Positions 17,210-27,461 are shown, numbered from the stretch's first letter. The stretch: DNA of 64,000 bases from Phycisphaerales bacterium (GCA_027366115.1 DAHXLH010000029.1:7950-71949); one strand, 5' to 3'. Translations and numbers: made by a program. The notes: generated by a model from the sequence alone, not told the origin.

Positions 17210-18211
17210 ATGCAAATGAATCCCTGGGTGCCGGCTTCGAACCGCTACGACACTATGGTCTATAACCGCTGCGGCAAATCCGGACTTAAGCTGCCGGCAA
17301 TTTCTTTGGGATTGTGGCATAACTTCGGGGGAGTCGATCTGCTTGAAAATCAGCGGGCCATGCTGCGTTGTGCGTTTGACCTGGGCATCACGCATTTTGA
17401 TCTCGCCAATAACTATGGGCCGCCGCCCGGATCAGCGGAGGAAAACTTCGGACGCCTCTTGCAACAGGACCTGCATCCGTGGCGCGATGAACTGATTATT
17501 TCCACCAAAGCCGGCTACACCATGTGGTCCGGGCCGTATGGTGATTGGGGATCGCGTAAGTATCTGCTGGCAAGCCTTGATCAAAGCCTGCAACGCATGG
17601 GCTTGGATTATGTCGATATTTTCTATTCCCATCGCCCCGATCCCCAAACCCCACTGGAAGAAACTATGGGCGCTTTGGATGCGGCCGTGCGACAAGGTAA
17701 AGCGCTTTATGTGGCCGTGTCTAACTACAAGCCCGCCGAGGCCCGACAGGCATTTGCCATTTTAAAATCACTGGGTACGCCGTGTCTGATTCATCAGCCC
17801 CGCTATTCCATGCTGGAACGCTGGGTTGAAAGCGAATTGCTGGATGTGCTGGGTGAACATGGGGTCGGAGCCATTGCATTCTGCCCGTTGGCCCAAGGCT
17901 TATTAACCAATAAATATCTTAAGGAAATTCCCGAAGACTCGCGCGCCGCGAAATCCTACAGCTTCCTCAAGGCGGACAAAATTACCCCGCAATTGCAAAG
18001 TCGTATCAGAAAACTTAATGATATTGCTTTAGCGCGTGGCCAGAGTCTGGCCCAGATGTCTCTGGTCTGGGTGCTCCGCGACGCGCGCGTAACCTCCGCA
18101 CTGATTGGAGCCAGCCGGGTGTCGCAAATTCAGGAGAATGTCCAGGCTCTTAGCAATCGCAATTTTACAGCCGGTGAACTCAAAGCCATTGATAGTGCCT
18201 TGGAAAGTTAG
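17210..18211 (+). CDS. Aldo/keto reductase (YghZ/Tas-like)
   Basis: 333 aa. AKR family motifs LGLWHNFG, DLANNYG and IFYSHRPD. Length typical of AKR14/YghZ-type reductases. Confidence 0.88.
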   Translation: MQMNPWVPASNRYDTMVYNRCGKSGLKLPAISLGLWHNFGGVDLLENQRAMLRCAFDLGITHFDLANNYGPPPGSAEENFGRLLQQDLHPWRDELIISTKAGYTMWSGPYGDWGSRKYLLASLDQSLQRMGLDYVDIFYSHRPDPQTPLEETMGALDAAVRQGKALYVAVSNYKPAEARQAFAILKSLGTPCLIHQPRYSMLERWVESELLDVLGEHGVGAIAFCPLAQGLLTNKYLKEIPEDSRAAKSYSFLKADKITPQLQSRIRKLNDIALARGQSLAQMSLVWVLRDARVTSALIGASRVSQIQENVQALSNRNFTAGELKAIDSALES

Positions 18212-18247
18212 GCGCTGCCCGCGTTAGAAAATCCGGAATTTATAAAC

Positions 18248-19204
18248 ATGGTACATAACAATTTGGCAACAGATCAGTTTAATGAAAGGGGCGCAGCACC
18301 GGCAACACCGGCCGGCGATGTATTGACATTTCGCGCCCCGGCAAAATTGAATCTGGGCTTGCGGATATTTCCCCGTCGGCCTGATGGATTTCATGATATT
18401 GAATCCTGGTTTGTGCCCATTTCCCTTTACGATACGCTGACCTTCCACAAAGCGCAAACGCTGACCCTGCAACTCTCCGGACTGGCGGCGGAGCTTTCCA
18501 ATGAGCCGGAAAAAAATCTCGTGGGTCGCGCCGCGCTGGCGTTGGCCCGAGCCGCTGGCGTGGCCGCCCATGCACAGATTTGTCTTCATAAACTGATTCC
18601 CGCCGGTGGGGGTTTAGGCGGCGGAAGTTCTGATGCCGCAACCACCTTGCTGGCCCTGAAACAATTGTGGAATATTCCCATTTCCACGGCAGAATTGTCA
18701 AAGCTTGCGGCCGCGCTGGGCAGTGATGTGCCGTTTTTTATTTACGGGCAATCCGCGGTGTGCCGCGGGCGCGGCGAAATTATCGAACCGCTGCCATTTC
18801 GCCGCCTCTTGTTTGCTGTGTTAATCATTCCGCCCTATGGCACAAGCACCAAAGATGTTTATCAGGAATTTGATAATCAACCGGCGGCCGTGGATAGTAA
18901 GACGATCCTCTGGCAGGAAATATCGCAGTTAAGTGCCGCGGAGATTAGTGCTGTAATTCGCAATGATCTCGAAGCCCCCGCATTTTCCGTTACGCCCGCT
19001 CTGCGCGCCTTACGCGATAAAATCACAGCGTTAGTTGGTCGCCCCGTACACCTCAGCGGCAGCGGCTCAACACTCTTTATCCTCACCGATCAACCCGCCC
19101 AAGCCGACGGCTTAGCAGAAACCCTTGAAAATAATCTGCCCGAAAACATACGCGTTCTGCCGGTGGGGCTATTGGCCCGAAATCCAGTGGCGGATCAGCG
19201 GTAG
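18248..19204 (+). CDS. ispE: 4-diphosphocytidyl-2-C-methyl-D-erythritol kinase
   Basis: 318 aa. GHMP-kinase motifs APAKLNLGLRI and PAGGGLGGGSSDAATTLLAL. IspE-like length. Confidence 0.88.
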   Translation: MVHNNLATDQFNERGAAPATPAGDVLTFRAPAKLNLGLRIFPRRPDGFHDIESWFVPISLYDTLTFHKAQTLTLQLSGLAAELSNEPEKNLVGRAALALARAAGVAAHAQICLHKLIPAGGGLGGGSSDAATTLLALKQLWNIPISTAELSKLAAALGSDVPFFIYGQSAVCRGRGEIIEPLPFRRLLFAVLIIPPYGTSTKDVYQEFDNQPAAVDSKTILWQEISQLSAAEISAVIRNDLEAPAFSVTPALRALRDKITALVGRPVHLSGSGSTLFILTDQPAQADGLAETLENNLPENIRVLPVGLLARNPVADQR

Positions 19205-20254
19205 TACGGGTTCGCCTTGTGGTGAATAGGCTCCGTAGTCGGTTGGTTTACAGCCGGGAAGCCATTCCCAGATAAAGGCACCCACAAAAGAGCTTGCGGG
19301 TAATTTCCGCCAGACTCGTATAAACGCCTGATAAGCAATGACCTGATTGTGCGGATTTATCAGGCCCGTGCCAACATAATCCCATGGCTTAGCCAATGTG
19401 TTGTTGAGATTATCCCAACCGATTTCGGTAAACAGCACCGGCTTTCGTTCCCGTGCGGCGAATGTCAAAATGCGATGTTTAATGCGCTGCCAGTGGGCCA
19501 CCACTTCAGCAATGGAAGGATCCTTGGAATCGGAAAGATCGTAATAGGAATTCATGCCGATGTAATTAAGCTGGGGCCAGAAATGGACATATTGATAATG
19601 GTCCCAATTCGCGCTGTACGTAAGTTTTCCAGAAAAGCGCTGCCGCACCAGGCGAATAATGCGGAGCCATTGTGTGTTAAAGGGTTCTGTGGAAAGTAAC
19701 TCACTGCCGACGCAGAAAATTGTCACGTGGGCCTGCTGGGCCCATGTGGCGGCAGCCAGAATGTAGGCGCGATAGCGGGCAAACCAGAGATTCCAGCTTT
19801 TGGGTTTTATGACGCCGCGCCAATCGTTGCCGGTGGCATGATTCAAAAGAACTATGGGCATGAGCATGGTATGGATACCCAGATGATGGGCCGCCAGAAG
19901 TACCTCATGGATCTGCAGGGGTGTCAATGAAACTTTCGGATCGATATGAATATTATCCGCATGAACATCATGCTGCCGGGCGTTAATAACAAAATTAATC
20001 CAGGTGCAGCCCATGGACCGCAGCTTCGCGATGGCGTGCAAATATCCGGACAGCCCGTGGGGATTATTCAACTGCATTGAAAACCCGCGAATGGGGGGCA
20101 GGGCGGAAATGGGATAACGCAGCGGCGGCAAGGGCGGTAATCGGCGCGTGACAGGCCGCTGGGGTCGGCCCATGCCCCTGACGTCCAGCATAAGCATCAT
20201 CGCACTCAATACGATTGTGCCGACCAGCATGATTGCGGCGAATCTTCGGATCAA
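19169..20254 (-). CDS. Secreted or membrane-anchored TIM-barrel glycoside-hydrolase-like protein (family not assigned)
   Basis: 361 aa. N-terminal hydrophobic anchor/signal (IMLVGTIVLSAMMLML). Body resembles GH5/GH26/GH113-type (beta/alpha)8 hydrolases (GCTWINF, VGSELLSTE, NSYYD) but no family diagnostic could be confirmed by eye. The 3' end overlaps the convergent ispE by ~36 nt. Confidence 0.45.
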   Translation of the reverse strand: MIRRFAAIMLVGTIVLSAMMLMLDVRGMGRPQRPVTRRLPPLPPLRYPISALPPIRGFSMQLNNPHGLSGYLHAIAKLRSMGCTWINFVINARQHDVHADNIHIDPKVSLTPLQIHEVLLAAHHLGIHTMLMPIVLLNHATGNDWRGVIKPKSWNLWFARYRAYILAAATWAQQAHVTIFCVGSELLSTEPFNTQWLRIIRLVRQRFSGKLTYSANWDHYQYVHFWPQLNYIGMNSYYDLSDSKDPSIAEVVAHWQRIKHRILTFAARERKPVLFTEIGWDNLNNTLAKPWDYVGTGLINPHNQVIAYQAFIRVWRKLPASSFVGAFIWEWLPGCKPTDYGAYSPQGEPVLPLIRHWISGQ

Positions 20255-20511
20255 ATTGTGATCTCCGAGTTAAAATAATAGCGAGCATCCTGCATCGCAA
20301 GGCTTCGAAGCACCGCCTAGTCCGCAGTCGGATGGGGCGCTGATTGCAAATAGAAATCCACGAAAAATTCAATGGGCACGGGCACGCCCGGCGTGAAGGG
20401 CGAATATTCCTTGGCCATGTGAAACTCCTGTTCGCAGCGCCGATCAGCGAGCCGTAGCCGGCGATTACTCGGACACGCTCCTCGTTCATTATGCCCGTGC
20501 CAGGAAATTGG

Positions 20512-21042
20512 TCAAACGCTGGGCTTCTGGGCAGGCGTGACGCTGTTGCGCAGCGGGATATTCCCAATACGATAATACGTCAAAAAGTCTACCCCCTTTG
20601 ATTCGCGCCGTTCGGCTACTCGCCATTCATCTTCATTCCATTTCGGAAACCAAGTATCGCCGATCGCCGGCGTATCGAGTTTTATGATGCTGATGTACAT
20701 GCGATCGGCCAAAGGGATCGCCAAGGCATATATTTCCGCACCGCCGACAACGAATAATTCCTGTTCACCGGAATCCTCGGCTGCGGCAAGGGCCTCTGGA
20801 AGTTGAGTAAACCATTGCGTGCCCGCCGGAATCGGGGATGGAATATTCCGGCTAAGTATCAGATTGCGGCGCTTGGGCAGCGGCCTGCCGAGGGAGTCAA
20901 AGGTTTTGCGACCCATTAAAACAGTGTGGCCGGTGGTAAGGCGTTTGAAGTGCTGAAGATCTTCCGGCACATGCCACGGAAGTTGTCCTTTCCACCCAAT
21001 CACATGATCCGGCGTCATCGCAGAAATAAGGCTGACAAGCAT
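20512..21042 (-). CDS. folA: Dihydrofolate reductase
   Basis: DHFR motifs MLVSLISAM..VIG..G.LPW..P.D...F...T.G..V.MGRKTF.S.G.PLP.R.N.ILSR and VGG..IY. The track ORF starts 54 codons upstream (21204). The internal ATG at 21042 has an AGGAG SD and gives a normal 177-aa DHFR. Confidence 0.85.
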   Translation of the reverse strand: MLVSLISAMTPDHVIGWKGQLPWHVPEDLQHFKRLTTGHTVLMGRKTFDSLGRPLPKRRNLILSRNIPSPIPAGTQWFTQLPEALAAAEDSGEQELFVVGGAEIYALAIPLADRMYISIIKLDTPAIGDTWFPKWNEDEWRVAERRESKGVDFLTYYRIGNIPLRNSVTPAQKPSV

Positions 21043-21509
21043 CAAGCACCCGTTGTAAAAATCGCGCCAGGAATGAACCTCCACTCCGGATCGCATATAC
21101 AAACCGCACCGACCATCAATCGACACACCAGTCGCGGTTGGAATTCTCACAATTTTACGCCAAAATTCCGCTGCGTCCATAAAAGTGGTCAAGTGTTCTG
21201 CCACTGAAGTACACTAGGATGCGTAACAAGAACGCGCGGCAAGGAGGCGGTGCGGATTGAGGGGGATCCAGTCTTAAATTTTGGCACGCTGTATGCGGCC
21301 CAAACAGGTTGTAAAAAAAAGACCGCGGATTACGCGGATAAACACTGGCCCTCTGTGTTCCGGGACCTCGATACGCGTCACTCACAGCGCCGTTTGATAA
21401 TTGTAATGGTAATCAGAACTACTTTTCTCCGCCGCCCATACCGCAGCGACCCCAAACCAATCCTGCTCGTATCCGCGTGACCCGCGAAATCCGCGGTTCT
21501 CTCCCGTAA

Positions 21510-21723
21510 TGTTCACTTTACGTGGACGATCTGGTTACCGATGAACACCGGAGATCACAAGGTGTCGGAAAACTGCTGCTGGATTGGCTGGTCGCGGAGG
21601 CACGCCGACAAAAAGTGCAAACACGTCGCTCTGGATTCCGGCGTGCAGCGGTTTGCGTCGCATCGCTTTTATCTGCGGCACGGTATGAACATTACCGCTC
21701 ATCATTTCGCGATGGAGTTGTGA
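21510..21723 (+). pseudogene. GNAT-family N-acetyltransferase remnant (N-terminally truncated, +1 frameshift in an A5 run near 21610-21614)
   Basis: Frame A: LYVDDLVTDEHRRSQGVGKLLLDWLVAEARRQ (GNAT motif A, R/Q-x-x-G-x-G/A). The continuation, CKHVALDSGVQRFASHRFYLRHGMNITAHHFAMEL* (motif B), is in the +1 frame. Only ~75 residues of a ~160-aa fold are present. A stop lies just upstream at 21507-21509. Confidence 0.55.
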
Positions 21724-21777
21724 TTCCGGGTTTCGTGCAGCGGAGAGCTTTCATATAATCAATCTGACTCTTGGAGC

Positions 21778-22326
21778 GTGGCAATGTCAATGGTGATGTT
21801 TACGGTTTTGTACCCAGACCTCGGTGCCGCTGAGACACGATGTATTATCGTGCAATCCGGCGGTCGTTGGCACCGGCGCGAGGAAGAGGCGGAAGAATTT
21901 GCATTGTTCGAATTATATTGCGCCGAGCCGGGATGCAACTGCCGACGGGTGTTGTTCAACGTGGTATCCAAGCGCTTGGATCGGCATGTCGCGACCATCA
22001 ACCACGCCTTTGAGGCCCCCGGAGAAAAATCCGCAGTTTCGGAACAGACATTTCTTGATCCACTGAATCGGCAGTCTGATTTATCCGAAGACCTGTTGGC
22101 TATTCTTACGCGGCGGGTCCTGATGGATTCCGAATATTGCAGGCGACTGGAGCGGCATTACGCCATGTTTAAGGAAGTAGTGAATAATCCGCAACACCCG
22201 TTGCATGGAAAAATTCTCCCATATTTTGATGAACCAAGGGAGGAAAACCGCAGGGATATTTCAGACATCACCTCATGGCGTGTCCGCAGGCGGATGAGGG
22301 AAAACCGCCGAAAGCGCGGAAGGTAG
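21778..22326 (+). CDS. Hypothetical protein (Cys-containing, no recognised domain)
   Basis: 182-aa ORF. A perfect TATAAT at 21754-21759 and GGAG at 21773-21776 favour the ATG at 21784 over the GTG at 21778. Product unassignable from sequence. Confidence 0.45.
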   Translation: MAMSMVMFTVLYPDLGAAETRCIIVQSGGRWHRREEEAEEFALFELYCAEPGCNCRRVLFNVVSKRLDRHVATINHAFEAPGEKSAVSEQTFLDPLNRQSDLSEDLLAILTRRVLMDSEYCRRLERHYAMFKEVVNNPQHPLHGKILPYFDEPREENRRDISDITSWRVRRRMRENRRKRGR

Positions 22327-22362
22327 CCGGGCTATTTTTATGATGCCATCAAAGAAACCAGT

Positions 22363-24318
22363 TTATTCCTGGTCTTCGCGCAACTTGGCTAAAACCGAAT
22401 AGTCTTCCAGCGTGCTGGTGTCGCCCACGGCTTGTTTCCCGGCGGCGATGTCCCGCAGCAGGCGTCGCATGATCTTGCCGGAGCGAGTTTTTGGCAAGGC
22501 CTCGGTGAAACGCACTTCATCGGGACGGGCAATAGCACCAATTTCCTTGGCCACCCAGGCTTTTAATTCCTGTTTCAGGGCGTCATCGGTGGCAATTCCC
22601 GCCTTGACGGTGACAAACGCACACAGGGCCTGCCCCTTCAGTTCATCGGGGCGGCCAACCACGGCCGCTTCAGCCACTTTGCTGTGGGCCACCAGCGCGC
22701 TTTCAACTTCCATGGTGCCTAACCGATGTCCCGCAACATTGACGACATCATCCACGCGGCCCATGACCCAGAAGTACCCGTCTTTATCCCGCCGCGCGCC
22801 ATCACCGGTGAAATAATAGGGGGGAATATCACTGTAATACTGTTTCTTAAAACGCTCATCATCCCTATACACCGTGCGCAACATGCTCGGCACGGGTTTA
22901 CGGATCACCAGATATCCTCCGGTGTCCGGCGGCACTTCCTGCCCGTCCCGATCCACGACAGCCAGATCCACCCCAAAAACTGGGATCGCACAACTCCCCG
23001 GCCTGCCCGGCGTGATTCCCGGCAATGGTGTGCACATAATGGATCCGGTTTCCGTCTGCCACCAGGTATCGACAATGGGGCATTTTTCACCACCGATGAC
23101 GCGGTGATACCACATCCACGCCTCCGGGTTGATTGGCTCGCCGACCGTTCCCAACAGTCGGAGGCTGGATAGATCATGGCGCTGCGGGAATTGGTCACCC
23201 CATTTTACAAAGGCTCGTATGGCTGTAGGCGCGGTGTAAAACACATTGACGCGGTATTTTTCAATGATACTCCAGAATCGGTCCATATCCGGTTGATTGG
23301 GCGCGCCTTCATACATAACCACACTGGCGCCGCAGGCCAGCGGGCCGTAAACCATATAGGTATGGCCCGTCACCCAGCCAATATCCGCGGTGCACCAGTA
23401 GATATCTTCTTTTCTTAAATCAAATACATATTTACATGTCATATAGGCACCCAGCAGGTAGCCGGCCGTGGTATGCACCACGCCCTTGGGCTTGCCGGTG
23501 GTGCCGCTGGTGTACAAAATAAAGAGCATCTGTTCGCTGTCCAGGGCGGCGGAGGGGCAATGGTCGGAACTGCCGGAGATAAAGTCGTCGTACCACACAT
23601 CTCTTCCCGGCTGCATGGTAATATTCTGGCCCGTGCGCTTCACCACAATACAACGTTGCACGCATGGGGCTTTGGCCAGCGCCGCATCGGCATTCGTTTT
23701 TAATTCGACAATTTTTCCGCGCCGCCATCCCCCGTCGGCGGTGATTAACGCCACCGCCTGCGCATCATTCATACGATCTCCCAGGGATTCAGCGGCAAAA
23801 CCACCGAAAATCACGGTATGTACCGCTCCAATCCGGGCACACGCCAGCATCGCCACGGCGGCTTCAGGAATCATGGGCATATAAATCGCCACGCGATCGC
23901 CCGGCTGTACGCCATGAGATTTCAGGGCGTTGGCTAAGCGGCAGACTTCTGTGAGTAATTCGCGATAAGTTAATGTTTTACTGTCACCGGGTTCGCCCTC
24001 CCAGAGAATAGCGGGTTTGTCGCCCCGGCCCGCATCCACATGTCGGTCCAGACAATTTTGCGCAATATTGATTTTTCCGCCGGTGAACCATTTAACAAAA
24101 GGGGACTTGCTGTCATCAAGAACATGGGTGTAAGGGGTCAGCCAAGCCAAGTCGCCGGCCATCTCCGCCCAGAATTCCTGAGGATGGTCAATGGACCGGC
24201 GGTACATGCGTTCATATTGTTCCTGAGAACTGATGTGCGCTTTGGCGGTAAAGGATGCGGCCGGTGCAAAGGTGCGATTTTCACGCATAAGAGATTCAAT
24301 ATTTGCGCCAACGGACAT
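22363..24318 (-). CDS. acs: Acetyl-coenzyme A synthetase (AMP-forming)
   Basis: 651 aa with full-length similarity to Acs. AMP-binding motifs [11 protein letters not shown] and TGD, and a conserved C-terminus (...[12 protein letters not shown]...). Confidence 0.93.
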   Translation of the reverse strand: MSVGANIESLMRENRTFAPAASFTAKAHISSQEQYERMYRRSIDHPQEFWAEMAGDLAWLTPYTHVLDDSKSPFVKWFTGGKINIAQNCLDRHVDAGRGDKPAILWEGEPGDSKTLTYRELLTEVCRLANALKSHGVQPGDRVAIYMPMIPEAAVAMLACARIGAVHTVIFGGFAAESLGDRMNDAQAVALITADGGWRRGKIVELKTNADAALAKAPCVQRCIVVKRTGQNITMQPGRDVWYDDFISGSSDHCPSAALDSEQMLFILYTSGTTGKPKGVVHTTAGYLLGAYMTCKYVFDLRKEDIYWCTADIGWVTGHTYMVYGPLACGASVVMYEGAPNQPDMDRFWSIIEKYRVNVFYTAPTAIRAFVKWGDQFPQRHDLSSLRLLGTVGEPINPEAWMWYHRVIGGEKCPIVDTWWQTETGSIMCTPLPGITPGRPGSCAIPVFGVDLAVVDRDGQEVPPDTGGYLVIRKPVPSMLRTVYRDDERFKKQYYSDIPPYYFTGDGARRDKDGYFWVMGRVDDVVNVAGHRLGTMEVESALVAHSKVAEAAVVGRPDELKGQALCAFVTVKAGIATDDALKQELKAWVAKEIGAIARPDEVRFTEALPKTRSGKIMRRLLRDIAAGKQAVGDTSTLEDYSVLAKLREDQE

Positions 24319-24777
24319 AACGGCTCCTCATGAATTCCGGCGATTTCCGCCTAAATGATGTCACAGTATTCCATGATAGCGAACGCCGGAATAAAAAGCA
24401 CGGGTTGACAGCCAGTGGACAGAACGTGCGGTCATTTGGTGGTCATTATCTTCCTCCACTTTCACGGCACTCATGACCTCTCCTGGCCCCGACACCCGGG
24501 AATAAAACCAGATCCAGCAGACTATCCCGGGACCTTGAGTCGGCCAAACGCAAACAGCGGCAGGAAATTTTCGCAGCGGAAGATCAGATTATGGAAAAGC
24601 GTGATCGGCTTATCGAAGCCCTTCATCGCCGCATGAGTCAAAAAACCAGCCGGACACGGCTGTTTATGATCCGGTGGGAAGTGGTGTGAAACGGTTGCGC
24701 AGGCGGGAACAGCACCAGTTGCTCCATATGGGGCTGCCGAACAGAGTTTCCCGCAGCCCTTTCATGCGATCGGGCGA

Positions 24778-25248
24778 TCAAGTCCCTTGCGGCCTGATCA
24801 GTCTTGAACAGTTGCGCAATGCCAGTGCCCATTCTTCCATCTTTTGTTCTTTCTCTGTGTCGCGGCGATCCAAGCTGTTAAGCTCCGGTATAACGGCGTG
24901 GCTAGGATCCTTTGGAAGTGGAGCACCGCGGACGCTCAACCCGATGCGATAAACATCCGACGCCGCAAATTCCGCCAGTGGAACACGCTCGCCGGTATCC
25001 GGACGGCGGGACGCCGTGACGGCATCCGTCAGCAATGCGCAATTAATGGAAATGCCGTCTGAGTCGCCGAGGCGCTCATCAGATTGCCACGGCCGCGGCA
25101 TAAAATACCTCTGTGGAATGACGAGCGTCGGGGCACGAGACCAGGCACCCGGCAGCAGTCGTCGGTAAAGCAGCTCTGCACCTGGAACGCCCGTGGCACT
25201 GGCAGGCCCGGATGGCACTGCGGGAATTTTTGTGTCGGGCATGCGCAA
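24778..25248 (-). CDS. Hypothetical protein (third gene of a coupled three-gene operon)
   Basis: 156-aa ORF whose start codon abuts the stop of the upstream gene (25249). No recognisable motif. Confidence 0.5.
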   Translation of the reverse strand: MRMPDTKIPAVPSGPASATGVPGAELLYRRLLPGAWSRAPTLVIPQRYFMPRPWQSDERLGDSDGISINCALLTDAVTASRRPDTGERVPLAEFAASDVYRIGLSVRGAPLPKDPSHAVIPELNSLDRRDTEKEQKMEEWALALRNCSRLIRPQGT

Positions 25249-25704
25249 CTATCCTTGAAGTTGCAATCGTCGGCTTTGCGGATTCCGCCGCAGGGTATCC
25301 CGCGCGGCAACCTTGCCCGCGCTGTCAAAACGGATATACGAGGCGGTGCCCAAGCCTATAAATTCTACGATGATCGTTTCAGACGGCGTATTCCACTCCA
25401 TGGCAATCCGACCGCCGCCCGACGGTACAATGCTGTCCGGGGCACTTGTTCCAGTGTCGCTTTGGTCTACCGCAAAATCAATCGCAGTATCGGCAACATC
25501 CTGCGCCGGGTAATCCTCGCAATTCTCCACGATTCTTGTTTTTTTCCACGCCAGCATCTGGTCGATCGCCTGTTTCCAGAGGGCCGCCTCCCTATTGGGC
25601 GGCCGCGTTAGCGCGATTCCTGCGGCATATGCGGTGCCCCCAGCGGGGATAATGCGATCACGCGCAATTCCGTTATCCTGGATTAGCATCATCGAGCCTT
25701 TCAT
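25249..25704 (-). CDS. Hypothetical protein (second gene of the coupled operon)
   Basis: Track ORF 25249..25719. The Met at residue 6 (MKGSMML...) has a GGGAG SD and overlaps the upstream stop as ATGA. About 151 aa, no recognisable motif. Confidence 0.5.
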   Translation of the reverse strand: MKGSMMLIQDNGIARDRIIPAGGTAYAAGIALTRPPNREAALWKQAIDQMLAWKKTRIVENCEDYPAQDVADTAIDFAVDQSDTGTSAPDSIVPSGGGRIAMEWNTPSETIIVEFIGLGTASYIRFDSAGKVAARDTLRRNPQSRRLQLQG

Positions 25705-26522
25705 GTTGTACGCTCCCATTTCCAGTGGGCTTCATGTCCCGTCAAATCACAAAACGCACGGACAACGGCCTGATGGCCAAGTTCCAATCCATTATACGCC
25801 TGCTGCATGTTCCCTTCCCGCACACCACCGCGCGCGGCAATCTGCAATGCCAGAATCTCTGACGCCGCGGGATCTAGGCTATTGAAGCCATGGAGCAATT
25901 CGACATAGACTCTTCCTGCATTATCGGGCATCAGGGACTGCGTTCTGCAGGATAAGGATTCCAGTGTGCCGACCGAAAGACCGTTTCCCTCGGCAACCAA
26001 CCCGGGTAGCATCGCGGGCCAATCTTTCGGGCTGTTCCAGTCTCGCCCTCGCATCAGGTGGTTGACATACACCACCTCCCACTGATTAGGTAATATCGGC
26101 CCTAAATTTTCCGCCGCCAAGGCCTCGTTAAATGTTTTTACCGCCTCACGAAATTTTGGCAGCAGTCCTTTCCAGTGGGGATAGTCCGCGTTTTCTCCCT
26201 TTCGCCAATTAAAAATGATGCGGCCATTCTGCACCTGCGCCACCGTGCAATTATCAGAGGACGTCATTTCCAGCCGTGCGGCCGCACTAGCCGGCGCAAT
26301 TTGGAAACTTGGCATGAGACGGGGACGCAGCGCCTGCTCACCAAAGACTTCGGTTTGCTCAGGAAGTGGTTGGGCGTCTGAAACCTTTGGAAAATCCGCC
26401 CGCATGGCCTGCCAAAAAATCGCCAGATGGACGTTTTTCAAATTCTTTATCGCATTAAACTGAAGCGCGACCGCAGTCTCCACCAATGGCGGCTTTCTGA
26501 AGGATGGCAGTGGTGTTTCCAT
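25701..26522 (-). CDS. Uncharacterised protein, TIGR04255-like conserved hypothetical family (tentative)
   Basis: Track ORF 25701..26729 (342 aa). The internal Met70 (METPLPSFRKPPLVETAVALQF...) is preceded by GAGGTG and gives ~273 aa, the size I recall for TIGR04255 proteins, whose N-terminus is also P-L-(V/I)-E-rich. Family assignment is from memory. Confidence 0.5.
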   Translation of the reverse strand: METPLPSFRKPPLVETAVALQFNAIKNLKNVHLAIFWQAMRADFPKVSDAQPLPEQTEVFGEQALRPRLMPSFQIAPASAAARLEMTSSDNCTVAQVQNGRIIFNWRKGENADYPHWKGLLPKFREAVKTFNEALAAENLGPILPNQWEVVYVNHLMRGRDWNSPKDWPAMLPGLVAEGNGLSVGTLESLSCRTQSLMPDNAGRVYVELLHGFNSLDPAASEILALQIAARGGVREGNMQQAYNGLELGHQAVVRAFCDLTGHEAHWKWERTT

Positions 26523-26792
26523 ATCACCTCGACGGATTCCGCACGCAACTGTACAAAGCCCCCGGCCCAGAAGCTCTGTACGCTCCGATGCCCACCGCAG
26601 CATCAGTATGGAAACATTTTCACTCCAGGCGAGGAAACCGTCAACCCGATTCTCTGTGCCGTTGGCTTGGGGCGAGGAGTCGGTCCGGCCAATCGTCGCT
26701 TTGGGAGCGTGATTTTTGACTGCTATCAAGCACGATCCGTGGAGTATTGATTGATCAATGTAAAAAATCAGTCGGTTTTAGCGTCTGAGTAA

Positions 26793-27461
26793 TCACCCCT
26801 TTCGCAGTATGTTTTCTTTTTTATCATTGGGCTCTAGCCGTCGGAAGCAATCCCCCTGGGGACCCACCGCCATGACGGGGCATTCACTTTCCCGCACCAC
26901 GGTTTCCACGGTAGAGCCGAGAAAAAATTTGCCCGCGGTCGTGCGCCCGTGGCTACCGATGATAATTAAGTCCGCGTGCCACTGCTGCGCCACCGCCAAA
27001 ATTTCTCCGCCGGGATTTCCGCACCGCACAAAGTGTTCGGTCGCCGCCAGTTGGGCTTCTTCCACCACCGACCGGCACAGGGATTCCCCCTCCCGCTTAA
27101 GCCTGTCCAGCGCCGGGGGCGTTAAATGTTCGCCGCCGGAAATCGACACGGGCGACACATCGACCACATGCACCACCGCAACTTCCGCGGCCAGATCGTG
27201 GGCCAAAGTTATGGCCGTTTCAACGGCCCGCACCGCCGAGGGGCTGAAATCAACCGCCACAAGAATGCGACGAGCCTTGCAGGGACGATGCGAAGGCTGC
27301 GGGATTGCAAGCTCCTGGGAAATATTCATGATCAGTTCATCGGCACGCCATGAGGGCATACCGGCCGCCATCAGCACTTTTCGTGCTTCGGGAAGGAAGT
27401 TTTTTATATCCAATGCCGGGGTATTTCCGGACATTACAAATCTCCAGTTGCGACCGACCAT
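26793..27461 (-). CDS. Universal stress protein (UspA domain) with ~70-aa N-terminal extension
   Basis: Usp motifs ILVAVDFSPSAVRAVETA...VVHVVD and ADLIIIGSHGRT..GKFFLGSTVETVVRESECPVMAV. Confidence 0.75.
   Translation of the reverse strand: MVGRNWRFVMSGNTPALDIKNFLPEARKVLMAAGMPSWRADELIMNISQELAIPQPSHRPCKARRILVAVDFSPSAVRAVETAITLAHDLAAEVAVVHVVDVSPVSISGGEHLTPPALDRLKREGESLCRSVVEEAQLAATEHFVRCGNPGGEILAVAQQWHADLIIIGSHGRTTAGKFFLGSTVETVVRESECPVMAVGPQGDCFRRLEPNDKKENILRKG

Noticed and set aside
20064-20567. 167-aa minus-strand ORF between the GH-like gene and folA
   Set aside because: It overlaps the 5' end of the GH-like gene in another frame, and its translation is Arg/Pro/Cys-rich nonsense-like.
20512-21204. 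Full track ORF for folA (230 aa) and the idea that its upstream extension, or the downstream small ORF, is a thyA remnant
   Set aside because: DHFR homology starts at the internal Met (21042), which has its own SD. Neither the upstream extension nor the downstream frame resembles thymidylate synthase, apart from a chance 'PHP' tripeptide.
24476-24952. Open frame in the acs-upstream gap translating ...SRDLESAKRKQRQEIFAAEDQIMEKRDRLIEAL...; the track lists only the 24674..24952 part
   Set aside because: The N-terminal stretch looks like a coiled-coil C-terminus, but the rest is Ser/Arg-rich low complexity and overlaps the 3' end of the 24778..25248 gene on the opposite strand. No family assignable, probably spurious or at most a gene fragment.
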